Assembly (NCBI GenBank): GCA_965644295.1
Contig: CBFFRP010000432.1
Span: 124,001-188,000, forward strand
Length of the DNA stretch: 64,000 nucleotides
Reading direction: 5' to 3'
DNA from: Paraphysomonas bandaiensis
Taxonomy: Eukaryota > Protista > Chrysophyceae
The position numbers and the translations under genes were made by a program. The notes under the pieces were generated by a model. That model searched no databases and was not told the origin of the DNA. It saw only the letters and a program-made list of their open reading frames with translations. Shown one piece after another: positions 60,064-64,000 of the stretch; position 1 is the stretch's first letter; every line of letters starts with the position of its first letter.

Positions 60064-62628
60064 TTAATCTTCCTTCTCTACTGATTCCAATAGAGTGTTC
60101 CACTTCACAGCAATCCTCCTCGCTCGCTCAGTTTTGTTCATTAGACCCAAAGACATAACTTGAAGCACTAAATCCATTCCAGCCTCAAAATCTTTACGCT
60201 GAGTAATGAGCGAATATGGGTACATGACGAACTGTATCGCGTGCAATGCAATCTGAGCCGCTCGTACGACTTGTCTCAAGTACGCCACCACGAGAACACA
60301 AACAACAAAGATGATGAAAATAAACACCCCGAAGTATCTGTCAAGATGAAGAAGTCAGTAAGAAACCAATACACGTTCTTCTATGTAAGCACTTACTCTT
60401 GCTTTGGGACCGCAATCAGAGCCCCGGATAGATGATCCATAACGTTTACCATCTCCACTGCAAGGGTTAGATTTAGGATCTGCGCTTGGTTGCCTATTAC
60501 AAAAGTCAGCATAGTGAAGGAGGTTGATTACTTTATATTCTACATACCAGCATCGTCAGCGACTGAGCACGGGACAGCAAATACCATCTGCCTCTCCGTG
60601 TTCTCCACTTGCACAACTGCACCAAGCTTCACCCGACTAGTCAAATCTTCAACTCCAAAGGCAGTTTCGTCGTATGAATGGAAGCAAGGAGAACTGGAGG
60701 TACACAGTCCGCCTTTATTCTTCTCAAGAAAGCGGTCGATAAAAGACACATCCATCCCTTCCTCCATATGTCTTATTCCCGTTTCAGGACTCATTATGCC
60801 AGCTACAGAAACGGCACGGAAAGGGATGGGTGCACAGCCTTTACCAGCACAGGTCAAGACTGGTGGACGTACATCACGACAGCCTGACCCACGTGATGTC
60901 AACATGCCATCTCCCTCGTATCCCGGAAGGCAGGCACAGTAGTAACCACCATTCGTATTTACACACCTACCAAAGAACGCGTGAAACATGTGCACGGCTT
61001 AAGATAAATCTTACTTTGCTTCGCGTGAGCACTTATGGCGATAGCGATCATTCGTACCAGTGTACGTACACTCATCTATATCGGACACGATGACCTTCCT
61101 GCACAGAGGGAGGGTTTGATTATTTCAGAGTTTTATGGCTTTGAATTGCTCTACCTTGTCTTTGTAATGTTTGCTGTCTTCTCCATCCAGGGTGTCTGAA
61201 TGGTGTAGTATACGTAGTGTACTCCCGGATCTGTAAAGTAAGCACCAAAAGGCATAGAGTAGTGGATGCTGACGCGACGCATGAAGATATCCGGTTGACT
61301 GTCAGAAACTCGTAAGCCGTGCTCTTCGTAAGAGTCACCCTGTTGGTAGTAAATAGGGTTCGGTCCATCAAGAGTCAAGTCGATCCCATCATTGCTGAAG
61401 CAATAGTTGTGGTCAAGACGACGGTTGACAGCTCCACGTGCTGTAGATTTGGTGATAGGAGAGGTGTGGTTGACATGATCGTCAGGAAGAGGCAACTCAA
61501 AGGGATTGTGAGCAGAAATAAAACCTCTTGGAGCCATACACCTATGCGTGTAAATTAATTCAAGCATCACAACAGTGTCCACGTGTATACCACCATCAAA
61601 TTCATTCGTTGGTACCTGTATCCTCCTTCATCTATGTAGTTCACACATTCACAGGGACGCAGACAGGAGTTTCCTTCTTTGCAGTAGTCTGGGGGAGTAT
61701 ATTTCTCGCAGCTAAACCCATCTCCAGAGTATCCATCCTTACAAGCACACTCATAGGTGTGTGTCGTACTGTCAGGGAGGCATTTCGCATTAGAGTGGCA
61801 CCGGTGATTCGAACATGGGTCATCCGTACACCGGAAATCACTTTTGCATCGCTGGATACAGTCCGAAGTGGGGTCTATTTGTCGCACATGTTACTCAGAA
61901 TGTAAATACATGCACCATGTAACACAAAGGCAAAAGCCCATACATACATCAACAAACTCTTACGCACCTGGGCCACAAGAAGTTCTGCAGCATCGAGTTG
62001 TATCTTTATGTCCCCCACACATGCCAGTACTAGATGCCCGGCGGTAAAGAGCGGCAGTTGAACTTGCACCATTACCAGATCCCTCCACAGCATAAAACCC
62101 TTCGTTGACACATGCGCATTCATAGCTTCCAATCGTGTTCACACATTGCGCTGACGAATGGCACGAATGGGTTCCTATGGCACATTCGTCGACATCCTCA
62201 ACCCAATAGTCAATGGTATGGCATTCACTTGTCTCACGCCCTCCAATCTTCCTCTGCAAGAATGCAGTCACCAAATACTTACCAATTTGTCCACTCAAAG
62301 CCTTTCCATCATACTCAATATGTACCGAAGTGATATCTTGAAAATGAGAGTTCAAAAACTTAGTTGCCATTTTAATGATCATATTGTGGTGGTTTTTTGC
62401 CTCAGAAACAGCTTCGTGCTGAGTGACTGCAATTTTAGCGTATCCAGTGGGCGATTTCGGGTCAGGAATAGGAGCACACTTCTCAACCTCTCGTTTGATA
62501 GTAATGTCCCCATTGTTATTTATTTCAATTTGTGGATTGATTTGTAATTCATTTGTTTCTCCTGTAGAGGCTGTGGCTGTGATGGTTAATAACAGCACAG
62601 CTAACTGCATAAACACGCGAGACATCAT
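60064..62628 (-). CDS. Type I membrane protein with calcium-binding EGF domains and an Ig-like (DUF5011-type) segment, multi-exon
   Basis: Signal peptide. [72 protein letters not shown] segment [16 protein letters not shown]. Confidence 0.85.
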
Positions 62629-63403
62629 CAGACTATCACACTAGCAACAATAGACTCCTGTATATAGAGGTGATTATTACTGATGTTATAGTAGATTGGT
62701 AGTTGTGGTTGTGTGTGGAGTGTGCAGTGGAGATATGGCGATAGTTATATGCATATGAGTATATGTATGCATGCATTGTATGCAATGCTCATCTGCTGCT
62801 CTGCTCGTGCATGCTATGAGCTACACAGTACAGTACAGTACAGCAGTATACAATATCGCCATTACAATGTAGTACTGCCCTACAGCACAATATACAGTCG
62901 ACTCTATAGGATTGACTATATATACTATATAGAGTATATACATACTACTACATACTAGTATATGTACTCTGTATCCAAGTGCGGATACGACATACGATCC
63001 AATCCTCGTATTTTACTGACGTACTGTACATCTAGACTATGAGTTCCCAACACCGCACGCAACCTAAAACCCCCTATTTTTGAACGATTCTCCTTTGTTG
63101 TATTCTAAAAGTCTGTGTTTTTTTTGTGGTTTCGGTTCTCCGCATGAACGTTGTTAGCAAACGGAGTTTCTATGCACACAGAGCTGCTACACTCAACTTC
63201 AACAAACTCCTCATGCTTTAACCACAAAGGACACATTGATATGTGTCGCGGTTGTTTCCTGTTACCACTGTAATCGCTTGTAAATGATAAGTACTGCCGA
63301 TATATTCGAGTTCATATTATTTTATATTTAGCGTTGCATCCCAACTGCTGACATCTTTCGACATTGCCCAAGTTATACTCTATATGCGTTATTCAACTCA
63401 GCA

Positions 63404-64000
63404 ATGAATGTAGATGAGGACAACATATGTTATCACAATGTAATTGTGCAAACAATACGGGATTATTGTGGGCGAATATCACGAAAGGTCAATCTTTACA
63501 CTGATTCCGGAGATCAGGCCAAGCGGGCAGATAACTGGACAGTTTTCCAGGCATTCATAGGGTCATTTATTGGAATTCTAGTTTTATCATACTTAAATTA
63601 TAAGCTTGAGTTGGAAAAATCTGATTTTGTTATGATTGTGGGTAGCTTCGGAGCACAGGCTGTTCTTCTTTTTGCCGCCCCAACATCTCCACTTGCGCAG
63701 CCATGGAATTGTATATTTGGAAATGCAATATCATCAGCACTTGGAGTATCTATATTTAAACTATTTGAGGTGGGAATCGATAAATTTGAAAATTTAAGCT
63801 ATGTAGCTGCAGCGGCATCTGTGGCTCTTTCAATAGTAGTAATGCTACTTACGAAATCACTTCATCCCCCAGCTGGAGCAACTTCGCTCATTGCTGTTCT
63901 CGGAAGTCAGCGCATTCATGACCTAGGCTATTGGTATGTACTGTTTCCTGCCGTGATTGCATCTAGTGTTCATGTGTTTATTGCTCTCTTGTATAACAAT
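63404..64000 (+). CDS. HPP-family integral membrane protein (partial, runs off the window)
   Basis: Open frame from ATG 63404 containing GSFGAQAVLLFAAPTSPLAQPWN and SLHPPAGATSLIAV. Confidence 0.88.
   Translation, partial: MNVDEDNICYHNVIVQTIRDYCGRISRKVNLYTDSGDQAKRADNWTVFQAFIGSFIGILVLSYLNYKLELEKSDFVMIVGSFGAQAVLLFAAPTSPLAQPWNCIFGNAISSALGVSIFKLFEVGIDKFENLSYVAAAASVALSIVVMLLTKSLHPPAGATSLIAVLGSQRIHDLGYWYVLFPAVIASSVHVFIALLYNN

Overview
Gene-dense eukaryotic nuclear DNA (about 40% GC by eye, mostly short 45-60 nt GT-AG introns, standard code). The gene content and style suggest a stramenopile, possibly ochrophyte/chrysophyte-like (inference). About 17 host genes can be supported, many in head-to-head pairs: a WW/G-patch/C2H2 protein, ESF2, GUF1, an EF-hand protein, CARNMT1-like, a four-domain EEEE Ca2+ channel, mitochondrial S18 and L53, PDK1, SUMF1, a formin, an ELO elongase, a GH20 hexosaminidase, GT61, a methyltransferase, a Cys-rich protein, a coiled-coil protein, an EGF membrane protein and a partial HPP protein. 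Five things stand out. (1) A ~3.8 kb Crypton-like tyrosine-recombinase element (30403-34218) bounded by CCCGCACC inverted motifs and carrying a core/spacer array with a chimeric core. (2) A formin with no polyproline FH1, 17 tandem helical repeats in its place, and ADF-H domains at both ends. (3) A DEP domain inside the II-III loop of the Ca2+ channel. (4) A dispersed, probably retroelement-derived repeat family with conserved, partly covarying hairpins. (5) AA/TT-depleted, purine-pyrimidine-alternating islands upstream of nearly every gene. All protein calls come from motif recognition by eye; no database searches were run.
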